A DNA stretch of 64,000 nt from Hyaloraphidium curvatum SAG 235-1. Taxonomy: Eukaryota; Fungi; Monoblepharomycota. This document shows positions 49,182 through 60,091 of this stretch, in pieces (the first letter of the stretch is position 1; every line of letters starts with the position of its first letter). The notes under the pieces are model-generated. The model saw nothing but the letters and a program-made list of their open reading frames with translations, had not been told where the DNA came from and searched no databases. The DNA lies in the NCBI GenBank assembly GCA_025558095.1, contig JAIVFI010000023.1, positions 1 to 64,000 of the forward strand. The letters run 5' to 3'. Made by a program: the position numbers and the translations under genes.

Positions 49182-52100
49182 TCACGCAGCAGCCTCGTTC
49201 GCGAGCAGCCCCACGCGAACACCCGGCAGGGCCGTGGCGATTCTCCTCCCGACCGTCCGCGCACGCTTGGTCGTGGTCTTCCTGGCGAGCCGCCGGATGC
49301 GTCTCGTGGTGGTTTTGCGTCTGGTGCTGGTCCGCCGCCGCTTCGTCGTCGTCCGGCGACGCCTGCTCGTCGTCTTCCGGCGCGACGTCTGCACGATCGG
49401 CGAGGTGGTCCGTACGACGGGCGAAGTGGTTTGCACGACGGGCGAGGTGGTCCGCACGACGGGCGAAGTGGTCGGCCGCGGGGTCGTGAGGACAATCGGC
49501 GAGGTGGTCGGCCGCGGGGTGGTCAGCACGATCGGGGAGGTGGTCGGTCGGGCCGAGGTGCTCACGATCCGCTTGGTCGTCGGGATGGGCCTCGCCGTCG
49601 TCGGCACCGGTCGCGGAGTCGTGGCGACCGGCCTCGGGGTGGTGGCGATCGGCCCGGGCTGGTTCGGGACCAGGGCCGCGGGCACGGGAACGGTGAGCTG
49701 AGCGGCGCACCGCCCGCCGGCCGGGCAAGTCGTCGCCCGGATTGAGATCCAGTAGTTCGCCGAAGAGTCCGGAGGCGGGTACTTGGCCTCGGACCAGTCT
49801 CCCTCGGGTAGCGCGAGCCCGTTCCGTGCAAACACGCCAACGGGCTGCACGTTCGTCCACGGATCGTTCGTCCCGAAGCTCCCGCCCTTCTGCCTCAGCA
49901 CCACCCGAATGTAGAGCACCCGCCCGTCGAAGTGGTACGTGTCCCCGAACCCGTCCCTGACCTCGGCCACCGACCCCACGGGCCTGAAGTCGTGCACGCA
50001 CACCCCGCCCCACCAAGTCTGGCACCAGTTCAGGTTCGCCTGCACGGAGAACTGCGTGCCGGCAGGGTACGGGAACGCCATGATCAGCCTGGCCTCGTCC
50101 GGCACGACCAGCCCCTGGATGACGAAGCTCGACGGCGTGCCGCCGTCGAACCGCATGAACCACCCGCCCGACTCCGCAATCACCGGGCCCGTGACCTTTG
50201 AGTTGACCTCCACCACCAGCCCCGACGTCTCGGGGCGGCCAAAGTGCGTCAGCGTGCCCACCACGGGGCACGGCCTCACGGACCCGGGGTCCCACGCGCC
50301 GTTGATGCAGACGGTGTTGCCGATCTGCGACTGCACCGCGGTGTTGTACTGCAGCACCACCGAGGCCTCCGTGTCGCCCGGCCGCATGGGGCATGCCCAG
50401 AGCTCCTCGCCCGGCAGGCCCGGCGCGGTGTTGGTCTGGATGCAATCCGAGTTCATGCGCCACCACTCCCGCGCCCAGGTCGAGCCGAGCATGATCCTGT
50501 TGCCGCGGAGGGAGGGGAGGTACGGCCCGTAGACGGAGCCGTCGGCGTCGAGCCAGCTGGCCAGGCGGCCAGAGACGGTGGTGCCGCCGGGGTCGGTGAG
50601 CGAGGTGGTAAACTTGACGAGGCGGGGGACGAGGACGTTGTCGTAGGTGACGTTTCGGGTCGCCTGCATCTGCGGGCGGAGGACAAGGGGGTCAGACTGT
50701 GCCCGGAGACGGGAGCAGGCAGCAACGCGGCCGGAACACCCACCACCTCGGGCACCCACTCGTCAGAGTGCGTCAGAATCTGCCATATGCTGTTCCCCGC
50801 GCACCGGCTCTCGGGCCAGTTGTACACGCACGGCCCGTCCCAATCCGACCTGCAGTTCCTGAACGTGATGTCGGTGATGATGTGCCTCTGCCCGACATCG
50901 TACCACGTCCACCCCGAGAAGGATTGGAAATAGGCCCAGTCCCGGTCGTGGCACACGCCCCAACCGACGTCCCACCGCGGCGCGCCCGCGCGGGAGCAGC
51001 CTGCGAACCACGCGGGCTTGTTCCCCGTGCGGCACGTGTGAAGCACCCCCGAGGCGGAGACCTGCCCAAAGACGTTGGCGGCGAGGTTGATGTCCGCCAG
51101 CTCGAACCGCACAATGTCGGAGCGGTCGCCCCAGTGCTGCATGCCGCGGTTGGACAGGAACACCTTGGTGTCCTCGAACCGGAGCCACACCCTGTCGTCG
51201 TCGCCGCACCAGTCGTTGGCCGGCACCGTGCAGGTCGAGTGCGACTTGCTCCGCCCGGGGGTGTAGGTGAGCAGGCTATTGCCCCACGCGCCCTTGTAGG
51301 TGAGCTGCCCGCCGACGTAGATCCCGCCGGCCGAGTTGAACCAGAACCCCGTCGAGTGCGCCGAGTTGCCCCTAAACAGCAAAAACGGCCTCGTCCCCGG
51401 GGAGAACCCCTGCACGTTTGCATGCAGCTTCACCGGCCTCTCGAGGGTCGGGAACGCGAATCCCGCCCACCCGCCGGACGCCGCGTTGCCGAGGAAGGAG
51501 TTGTATGCGTTGCCGCCGTAGAATACCCCCGCGGCGACGTCCGACGGGAGTATGAGGGAGGGCGACTCGTCGGCCCACGGGGCGCCCTGGGACCAGTACG
51601 AGTCGAGGAAGGGGGTGACCCAGGCGCCGAGGGGGTGGACGTGCGCGCCGAAATTGAAGTGGAATTCGTTGTTTTCTGAGCGGGCGGGGGGAGGTCAGAT
51701 CATCGGCGGGGGGGGGGGGGGGGTGCGCGCGTGCCGGTGAGGAGACGACGCCCACCTTCGACACCGTCCTCGAGGAAGTAGCAGTGCCCCATGGCATCGT
51801 ACGCCGTGTTCTCGTGCAGCCTGGCGTAGCTCGTCCCGTGCACCGCGAAGCACCGGAAGAAGCTCCTGTGCACCGACGAGTCCGTCACCACGGCCCCGAC
51901 CGGCTTCCCCTGCTGCGAGCCCATCAGGTGGAAGTGCATCGGGTAGCGCCCCAGGACGTTCGTCTGGCCCATCCTGTACAGTTCGACGCCCGAGACGAGG
52001 GCCGAGGCGCGGGTGCCGGTGACCAGCACGTGGCCGCCGTAGCCGGTCTGGTACTTGTCCTCGCAGGGGTACGAGGAGCCATAGCGGTCGGTGCAGGCGG

Positions 52101-53173
52101 TGGGGACGGTGTCGGTGGGCTCGGAGGTGGCCTCGTTGCCCTGGATGAGGAGGTCGCGGGAGAGGAGGGCGACCTCTGCCTGGTACTCGGGGCTGCGGCG
52201 GAGACGGGGGAACATGCGTTCAGGACCGAGACAAGTGCATGGAGCAGGGCGATAGTGCTTACCCTCCGTAGTGGGTGAAGGAGAGTGGGGTGGCCACGCG
52301 GATTGCGGCGACGTTGGGGCCGAGCGAGGTCCTAAAGACCCCGGAGATGGTGAGCTCCTCGTTGCGGTGCCAGTCCCTGGCGTCCTTGAGCTCCGTGGTG
52401 GTGACGACGATGCGCTGGCCCGGCTGCCAATTGGGCACGTCCTGCACCAGAAGCACCGTGTCCCCCGCGCGTGCGGTCGCCGCGAGGCGGGTCCAGGTGG
52501 GGGTGTACAGGGTGCCGTGCAGCGAGAGGCTGCCGTTGTCGACGTGGATACCCTTGACCCACGGGTCCGGGGCCGGGCTGACGGGCTGGTCTGAGCGGGC
52601 GCCGTGCAGGGTGACGGAGATGCGGGAGCGCAGGCGGCAGCCCGGTGCGCCGGCGCGGAGGGCGCCGAGGACGCGGAAGCCGCGGGCGCGGATGGCGATG
52701 GAGGCGTCGCCGATGATGAGCTCCGAGGTGGCGGGGATCGTAATGGTGCCGAAGACGGTGTTGGAGCCGTTGACGGCGGTCGTGGGCAGCGAGCACGACG
52801 AGATGAGCACCTTGGAGTTTGCCGGCAGCACCACGTTGCCCTGCGAGGGCACGGTGCCGCCCCACGTCGCGGGGCTGTGCCAGTCGACGAGCCCCGGTTG
52901 GAGGTGCGGGCAGGCGGCCGGCGAAAAGTCCGGGATCGCCAGCTTCGGCGCCGGCCTGGCCAGCGTGACGGCCTCGCTCCAGTGGCCCTGCGTGATCGGG
53001 CGGGAAGGCGTCCCCGCGCCGGCGGGCAGCTCGCCGTCGGGCAGCGCCGCCGTCGGAAACGGCTGCCCGCCCGCGGCCGTCGGGAACGCGTCGCGCACGC
53101 ATTGCCCCGCCGCGCCGCCCGCCGCACACGCGATCGCCGCCAGCGCGAGCGCAGCGGCCCGCGGGAGGCGCAT
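49182..53173 (-). CDS. Secreted G8-domain protein (TMEM2/CEMIP/fibrocystin-like beta-helix) with Thr/Pro-rich and basic C-terminal tail; 3 introns
   Basis: Signal MRLPRAAALALAAIACA; WHSPATW; G8 GALRAG; PTWTRLAATA; AEVALLSRD; MGQTNVLGRYPMHFH; GHCYFLEDGVE. Confidence 0.9.
49390..49650 (-). repeat. Coding tandem repeats (TTSP[IV]V[RQL], TTPRP) in the G8 gene
   Basis: 21-nt and 36-nt units such as acgacgggcgaagtggt / gaggtggtcggccgcgggg. Confidence 0.85.
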
Positions 53174-53717
53174 CGCGGCGCGGGAGCGTCGGTGACGCCG
53201 ACGGATCGGGGTTGCCGCAAGCGGCGGCGGCGTCGGCGGCACAGCCAGGCGTCCCAAACGGTCCCGGCCGACACACAGCGCGCCTGGACTCCGATCCGTG
53301 CGCACTCGCCGGCCAAACAGGTGCAGTTGTGTCGGAACGGCAGGCAGACCCCGGTCGCCGCAGCCGAGCCACCGCGCGAAACTCCGACGTAGGGTCTCCC
53401 CAGCCTCCGATCCAGGAACCGCAAGGTCAGCGCCGCAGCAAGCTTCCACTCCCCCATCAGGCCGGTCCCTAGATGTCCCCCGCGGGAAAGAAGTGGGGAT
53501 GGCCGCTTCCAGGCTGAGATGGGGCGGGCGGTGGTGGCACGGTGCCGCACCGGCGCGTCAAGTCGAGTCAGGTGGCGCTTGCGGTCGGGCCGCACGGGGA
53601 ACCGACTTTCCAAACACATCGAATTGAGCTTCGATCCCCGCGCCGTACAGAATGGAAACAGAAGTCTGCGCTGCTTCGATGCCCGATGCCGCATGTCTCC
53701 CAGGTTGAGATCCAAGC

Positions 53718-54425
53718 TCAGATGCCGACCACGGTCACCCCGGGGAGGCTCTCAAGGCATTCGCGGGCATCCGCATCCGCGGATCCACGTATTTCCACCC
53801 TGGCGTATCCGTGCAGAGGCTTTTCAGCGAACGAGCTCTCCATTTCCTCGAGCAACGGGCGCACATCCGGTCCCCGCATTTCCGGCGCGGCCACGGTAAC
53901 CGTCGTGCCGCGCGGCCCCGGCCTGATCCAGGCGAAGATGACCACGTCCTTCAGCGCGTGCGTGGCGACCCGGACCGTGTACGGCGCCCTGTCACGATCG
54001 TCGGCGAACGAAAGCAGCTCGTGTGCGAAGGTCACCGCGGCAAAGTCTCCCAAGGCTGCTTCGAAGCGGAGCTCCTTCATGTTGGGGCAGCCCTTCAGTA
54101 TCGCGGATACGCAGCGCGGGAGCCTGTAGATCTCTTCGACCTCCGCGAATCTCGTCGGGGAAACGAACGGCACCGAGGCGGCAAACACCGCCTTGCGGAC
54201 CAGGTCACCGCACGGCACCCTGTCCGTGAACTGTTGCTCGATCGTAAGCACGTTGGTCTCCGTGACATCGATCCTCCTCATGAGCGCAGGCGGCGAAACG
54301 GCGCGCACGTCGTGGCACGCGAGCGAGAGCTCCAGCAGCGTCCTCTTGAGCCCGAGAGCCGCGAGCGCCTCCGCAATCTCGCCAAAGATGTCAGTGGGGA
54401 GACGTAGAAGGTCGATAGTGGCCAT
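53718..54425 (-). CDS. F-box-like hypothetical protein
   Basis: MATIDLLRLPTDIFGEIAEAL...LLELSLACH..V..ALMRRI; CPNMKEL LRR-like segment. Confidence 0.6.
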   Translation of the reverse strand: MATIDLLRLPTDIFGEIAEALAALGLKRTLLELSLACHDVRAVSPPALMRRIDVTETNVLTIEQQFTDRVPCGDLVRKAVFAASVPFVSPTRFAEVEEIYRLPRCVSAILKGCPNMKELRFEAALGDFAAVTFAHELLSFADDRDRAPYTVRVATHALKDVVIFAWIRPGPRGTTVTVAAPEMRGPDVRPLLEEMESSFAEKPLHGYARVEIRGSADADARECLESLPGVTVVGI

Positions 54426-55054
54426 GGTAGCTCGGGAAGCGAAAGCGATGTGCGATGGGGTGGTGACAGGACGACCGCTGACGTGGAGGTCACTTTCCAC
54501 AACTTCGACCGGTGAGAAGTCCACCACAGCACCCCAACCGGCCCGGAAATCGCCATGGAAGACGGTTGCGACGTGACTCCTGCTTCTCTCGCCACGCTAT
54601 TGTTATTCCGCTTTCCTGATGTAGCCGATGGGTGCGACGCCACATACGCTCCGGCGCCGCCGCAGCAACCGGTGCCTCGTGGCCCCGCCATCCGCCCTGC
54701 CGCCCCTGCGCGGAAGGTGCTACAGGGGGTCACGACGCCCCGTGGGGAGAGCCGAAAGTGTGACAAGCTGGAGGCGCGGTTCGATGATGAGTACAACAAG
54801 GACTCTGGAGACTACGATCTCCCAAGCTCCTGCGGCACGTCATGCGCGTGGTCCCGAGGCGCTCGAGACGCAGGTCCGCGAGGTGGACGCGTAGGAGCAC
54901 CAAAATCTGTACCACCGCGCAGACTTTAAGGCTTCAAGTTGCTGCCTCCTTTTCCAGTAGCCGCAACCCCGGCGACAGATGATCGGAGTGATGCCTCGTG
55001 GGGGACACTGGAACCCGCGCGCAGGCAGCGGAACTCCGGCACCGACTCCCGTCG

Positions 55055-55507
55055 ATGGAACCCGCCCTTGACGACGACGCGCCTCCGCCGTCCCTCGGGA
55101 CCCTCCCGCCGGAGCTCCTCTCCCGCCTCGTCGACTTCCTCCCCGCCGCCGCCGCGTGCCGCCTCGGGTCGGCGTGCCGCGCGCTGCACCCCGCCGCCGT
55201 CGATGCGCGCGAACGCCGCCTCCGCGAACTCGCTGCACAGCTCGACGCGCTCCTCCGGACGCGGCGGCCTCTCGACGCCGAGTGCGCCGCGCTGCAGGGG
55301 CGCGCGGCCGCGCTGCACGCCGCGGCGGTCGCCGGCGCGACCACGCCGCAGGAGTTCCAGGTCGCGCTGGCGGAGCTGGCGCCGCGGCGGGACGCGGTGC
55401 GGTTGCGGATCGAGGAGCACGGGCGGCGGGAGGCTGAGCTCCGGGCACAGCTGCAGCGCGTGCTCGCGGGCCGGACAGGCTGCGTCGCGGGGCCCGAGCC
55501 GGAGTGA
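55055..55507 (+). CDS. Small F-box-like coiled-coil protein
   Basis: SLGTLPPELLSRLVDFLPAAAACRLGSACRAL; paralog of 4196-4654. Confidence 0.65.
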   Translation: MEPALDDDAPPPSLGTLPPELLSRLVDFLPAAAACRLGSACRALHPAAVDARERRLRELAAQLDALLRTRRPLDAECAALQGRAAALHAAAVAGATTPQEFQVALAELAPRRDAVRLRIEEHGRREAELRAQLQRVLAGRTGCVAGPEPE

Positions 55508-55929
55508 CCGGCGGGCCGGACAATCGTGGCGCTTTGCCGGGCTCGGCTGCTGGCTCTTTGTCACGGCAGAGGAAGGCGAAGGACTAGGGACCCATTGTGA
55601 TCACCTGGGGGCGACTAGCAGGTAGCTCCTGACTTTGGCGCACAATGTCCGAAGTGATGCATGGTTTCGGGAGTTCGAGGGGATGGGGCGACGATTCAAA
55701 GACAATATACACGAAAAGCGAAGCCCTGCCCCCCGAAATTTACCCTTCCATCTCGTAGAGCCACTGAGCCGTGTCCCTCCACCCGACGACTTACCTCACC
55801 GGCCGCCCTCCCAGCCGCCGTGGACGCCGCCTGCAGCGACCCCGATCCTGAATCCTGGCCGTCCGAAGAACCTCCAGCAGAGCCGCCGCCGTTGCCGCGA
55901 ACGCAAAGATTGACCCAGCGTCGGAATAT

Positions 55930-56700
55930 GGGTTCTGTGCCGCGCACCAGGGCCGCCGTAAGCCGCTGGCGTGCGGAAGTCATGAAGAGGGCCCTCAGCC
56001 CATCGATGTCATCCCCGGGGCCGTCAGGGTCAGGGCCGCGGGGGAGGGCGAGGAGAGAGAGCTGTTGAAGAAGCCGCTCGAACTCGGGATGGAACGTCCC
56101 TGGAGATTCTGGAACGAGAGAGGTCGGAGTGTTGGTCCCGATCAGGTAGTGGCGCTGGTAGTGCCGGATCTTAGCAAGCCTCTGCGGCCGCAAGCGCCTT
56201 GGTGGCCGCTGCGGGGAGCTGCGCGGGGTTCGGGTACGTGACCGAGATGTCGATCAACCACGGGAGAGACGAGTTGAGGAGCCATACGTAGGCATCGCAG
56301 CGATGGTCCGTGTTGATGGTCCCGCGATCGGGATGCTCGAGTGCCACCTCCGTGGCATGGTGATCGGGGGAAGCAGAAGCAGCCGGCGGCGGGGGAGCAG
56401 GGGCGGCCCCCCGGGGTAAGCCCTCGGCAGCAAGCACGGCTTCCTTGACGACGTCCATGGGAACGTTGATCCGAGCAGCGCGTTGTTGATGGCCTTGTGG
56501 CGGGTGGCGGCGGCTTTCGCCAATACGATTGGGACCGTAGGGAGGGGGTGTTCGGGCGCTCACTGGAGCCGACCGGGGCCGAGGTGATGGCGCGGCTTGG
56601 AGCCGAGGTGAACGCGGACGCGGCCCCGGCGATGCTACAGGGGTTGATGCAGCACCCCAACATGGATATGGTTCCGGTGATCGCTGAGGGGCATGAGGCA
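55930..56700 (-). mobile_element. Decayed 3' fragment of an RLE-type (CRE/R2-like) non-LTR retrotransposon
   Basis: ATRHKAINNAL, HRCD, LIDISVTYP, AAAEA-KIRHY, ESPGTFHPEF, ARQRLTAALVRG across frameshifts. Confidence 0.6.
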
Positions 56701-56925
56701 GCATTCCCCGAGTCAGGAAGAGGAGCGGCCGGGCGAAGGGTTGGTGAGGAGCTCAGGACCGGATCCTCGCGGCCCGCTGTCTCTGCTTCCTTGTTGTTCC
56801 GATTAGCAAGAGCAAAGCTCTCCAACATCCGATCTGCCGGGGGTCATCGCAGGATTCAGCAGCTCGAAGCGTGGGGGCGCCCCCGGCAACATCGTCCCGC
56901 CAACCACCCCCGGCCATCCCCGGCC

Positions 56926-58482
56926 ATGGACGCCTCCTCGCTCCTCGCCGACGACGACCCGGCGCTCCCGGGGTACGCCCTCCGCCGGTCGTGCCTCTCC
57001 GGCGACGCGGACACGGCCGTGCGGCTGCTCCGCGCGGCGCCTGCCGACGCGCTCGCGCGGACCCCCGGCGGCGTCACGGCGCTGCACTGCGCGGCGGCGG
57101 GCGGCGGCGAGAAAGTGCTGCTGCCGCTGTTCGAGGAGGACTTTGGCGAGGCGGCGTGGAGCGCGACCGACGCCGCGGGGCGCACGCCGTTCTACCTGGC
57201 CTGCGCGTACAGCAACCACGCGGCGGTCAGGCTGCTGGGCAGGGAGATGGTGCGCAGGCCCGACGGCACGTGGGACTTTGTCGCGGACATCGAGGCGGGC
57301 GCCGGCGGGCGGCCACCGGAGCGGGCCAGGGTCGGCGGCGCCCGCGCGGACGAGACCACCGCGAGGCTGGTCAGGGACGCGCGCGCGCACAGGGAAAAGC
57401 ACCGCGAGCAGGCGCGCAGGCTGGCCGCAGAAAAGGCCGCGGCCGAGAAGAGGGCGGCGGAGAGGGAGCAGCGCCGCGCGGGCAGGGTCGAGGGGTGGCA
57501 GAAGGTCCCCCCCGGCCTGCTCGGTTCCCCCAAAAAGCAGCGCGGCGACGGGACGCTGGAGCTGCCGACGCCGGCACAGATGGCCAGCGTGCGGGGCGCG
57601 CTGCACGGCCCGCCGAAGAAAAAGGCGAAAACGGAGCCGGAGCCGCGGCCGGGCGGACCGCTGCACGAGCTGGACGAGGAGATCGAGGAGCTCCCGCCCA
57701 CGCCCACCTTCCCGATCGTGCGGAGGAGGCTCAAGCCCGGGGGCACGCCGGGGGCGGCCGTCAAGGTCGAGGTGTTCAGGCCCGGCGCACCGCCCAGGCC
57801 CACCAACACGGAGCAGCCCGCCGAGGACCCCGCACCCCCGGCCTCTCTGCCGTCACCCGCCCCCTCGCAATCCCCCAACGTTACCAACGACGTCCCCCAC
57901 AAACCGCAGGTGGACATGCAGCCCGACGCCCCGCGGGACGGCTCCGAATCCAGCTCCCTCACCGCCGTCGCCCCCCTTCTCCCCACGGACCCCACCCCCC
58001 CTCCCCCCATCGGCCCGCGACCCCCGTCGCCGGACACCCCCGCCGCGCAGCAACCCGCCCCCGCACCCGGCACCGAGCACCGATCCGCGCGCCTCGCGCT
58101 CGCCGAAGCCGAGCTCGCCGCCAAGCGCGAGCTGCTCCTCGTCGAAAGGGAGCTCGCGGCGTTGCGGCGCGAAGCCCCGGGGAGGCCGTTGGAGGAGCTC
58201 AGGGAGGCGCTGTCGATCGAACGGGAGCTCGCCACCCTGCGGCGGGACTCCCCCCCGCGCGCGCTGGAGGAGCTGAGGGAAGAAGTGGAGCTGGAGAGGG
58301 AGCTCGCGCGGCTGCGCGGGAACAGGACGCTGGAGGATGCGAGGGAGGAGCTCGAGACGACGCGGGAGCTGGTGTGGGCGTGCAGGGAGCTCGAGATGCT
58401 CGACAGGGGTGAGGAGGAGGGGGGTGGGGGTTCGGGTGGGGGTTCGGGCGTCGACGAGGGGGGGAGGAGGAAGGGAGGATGA
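56926..58482 (+). CDS. Ankyrin-repeat protein with Pro-rich region and coiled-coil C-terminus
   Basis: GVTALHCAA and GRTPFYLAC ankyrin motifs; repeated LEELRE..ERELA.LR. Confidence 0.75.
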   Translation: MDASSLLADDDPALPGYALRRSCLSGDADTAVRLLRAAPADALARTPGGVTALHCAAAGGGEKVLLPLFEEDFGEAAWSATDAAGRTPFYLACAYSNHAAVRLLGREMVRRPDGTWDFVADIEAGAGGRPPERARVGGARADETTARLVRDARAHREKHREQARRLAAEKAAAEKRAAEREQRRAGRVEGWQKVPPGLLGSPKKQRGDGTLELPTPAQMASVRGALHGPPKKKAKTEPEPRPGGPLHELDEEIEELPPTPTFPIVRRRLKPGGTPGAAVKVEVFRPGAPPRPTNTEQPAEDPAPPASLPSPAPSQSPNVTNDVPHKPQVDMQPDAPRDGSESSSLTAVAPLLPTDPTPPPPIGPRPPSPDTPAAQQPAPAPGTEHRSARLALAEAELAAKRELLLVERELAALRREAPGRPLEELREALSIERELATLRRDSPPRALEELREEVELERELARLRGNRTLEDAREELETTRELVWACRELEMLDRGEEEGGGGSGGGSGVDEGGRRKGG

Positions 58483-58742
58483 GGGGCCGGTGGACGGATC
58501 GGGGGCACGATCTCGCGGCACCTGTACAGGGCCCCCAGGAGCCGGCTCAGGCCCGCTTCCTGCCGCAGCACGTCCGTATGCTCCCTCAAGGCGTCCCCGT
58601 GCCGCCTTAGCGCCGCCCTGCAGAGGAGCACGTCCGCGAGGCCGCCGCCCGCGGCGCGTTCGTCCGCGGCTGCCGCGGCGGGCGCGGGAAATGCCCTGCT
58701 ATCCCTACGTCTTGACTTCCTGCACGTCGCGGGCCACAGGGT

Positions 58743-59010
58743 GGGACTGGCGAGGGTGGAAGTCCGCGCTTCCGTGGATGAGGAAGCCCGCGAATGCCTC
58801 GGGAACCTTCCCGGTGTGACCAGATCTCTATCACAGGCGCTGAGCGCCCCCCAACCCCGATACATCACGTCACGCCATATACATTGAATTCGGGGAAGAG
58901 GGGAGGGGTTAGATGTCCGCCGAGCTGCCGGGTACAGGCTTCCTTGAACCTGTTCATAAGCTGTTGGCAACCCAGTACGCGCCCCCGGTGTGACCATCGT
59001 CTCCGCCTGA
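58743..59010 (+). pseudogene. Third fragment of the 53718 gene family, split by a 161-bp insertion
   Basis: GLARVEVRASVDEEARECLGNLPGVT[insert]IVSA*. Confidence 0.7.
58823..58983. mobile_element. 161-bp insertion flanked by a 13-bp direct repeat (probable TSD)
   Basis: CCCGGTGTGACCA at 58810-58822 and 58984-58996. Confidence 0.6.
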
Positions 59011-59311
59011 TCGTGGATCTCGGTGGGAAAGGGTAGTGGGAAAGGGGCAAGCCCTGCTGTCTTCTCGTCTTTGGAGGCCCAAGCCGCTACGCGTCTTAAT
59101 GGCCCTCTTCTATGGGTTGATGACGAGATCTGTGCTTCCACTTTGTCTGACTGCCTTGCCGACCCTGCTTTGTCGATCCTTTCACTACTTGCTAAGCACT
59201 TTGCTTAGCAACTTGCTTAGCTACGACCTTTGGGAGGATACTTTTCTTAAAGCTTCCTTCTTCCATGCTTCTTCTCTCTTTCTTATTACCATTATTATAC
59301 TTATTTTTTAA

Positions 59312-59338
59312 TTTAGGGAGTTTAGGGAGTATAGGGAG
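59312..59338 (+). repeat. Three telomere-like 9-mers (TTTAGGGAG)
   Basis: tttagggag tttagggag tatagggag. Confidence 0.7.
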
Positions 59339-59790
59339 TATTAATTTATATATATATTTATACTCTTGTGGTGAACATCCTTCTTAGGGGGAGGGGGCGC
59401 CCTGCCTTACCCCGGTATTTTTGAAAAGGGTCAATTTTATCCTCCGAATCCTCCCATCCTCCCGTAAACATTTTGCCTCCAGAAATGTGCTTCATATTAT
59501 ATATGTATGCTTTCCTGTTTTAGCTTTACACTCTCATCCTCCCGTAAGTCAACTTCGTTGACGACCAGTCTTACCCCACCACTGAGTACCCCACCTGTCT
59601 TACCCCGCCACCTCTTACCCCACCACCTGCTTCAATTCCCTTCCCCCCCTCCCCCCCGCCTCCCTCATAGGGCTTACGCCCAAATACGTGCTTTGGCGTA
59701 AGCCATTCGTTTGACGATGTCATATACTTCGTTCCTACCACGTGCTTTGAACAAGCTTTATCTACGTGCTTTGGCGTAGCCATTCCTCAT

Positions 59791-60091
59791 TTCTATACAG
59801 TTCTATACATTTATTTTTTTTCTATACAGCTTATTTCTCCTGTCTAAACTCCCTCTTTTACATCTTTCCAGCTTATTTGTATAGATGTATAGAATGTATA
59901 GAATTTAAGTAAGTTATTGTACCAATCTATGATACCCGGAGTCTATCCCATGCAAATGCCCCAATTTCCTATACTTTCTATATTTCTATACACGATTCTC
60001 ACATTCTGATTCTTGCTTCTTTTCTCGTCTCCTTTCTAAGTGCTTATTCCGCCCCCCATCGCCGCGTTCTACGGCCCCAAGTTTCTATACA
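59791..60091. repeat. About 10 copies of a TTCTATACA motif in both orientations
   Basis: Forward at 59791, 59801, 59820, 59984, 60083 (variants at 59966, 59976); inverted TGTATAGA(A) at 59878, 59886, 59895. Confidence 0.8.

Noticed and set aside
51708-51723. G16 homopolymer
   Set aside because: Lies in an intron of the G8 gene; simple low-complexity sequence.
1-58500. Hundreds of long overlapping/antisense ORFs rich in R, P, A, G (e.g. 25107-26984 -, 45169-46758 +, 57192-59141 -)
   Set aside because: Expected shadow ORFs in very GC-rich DNA; no motifs, and they overlap well-supported genes.
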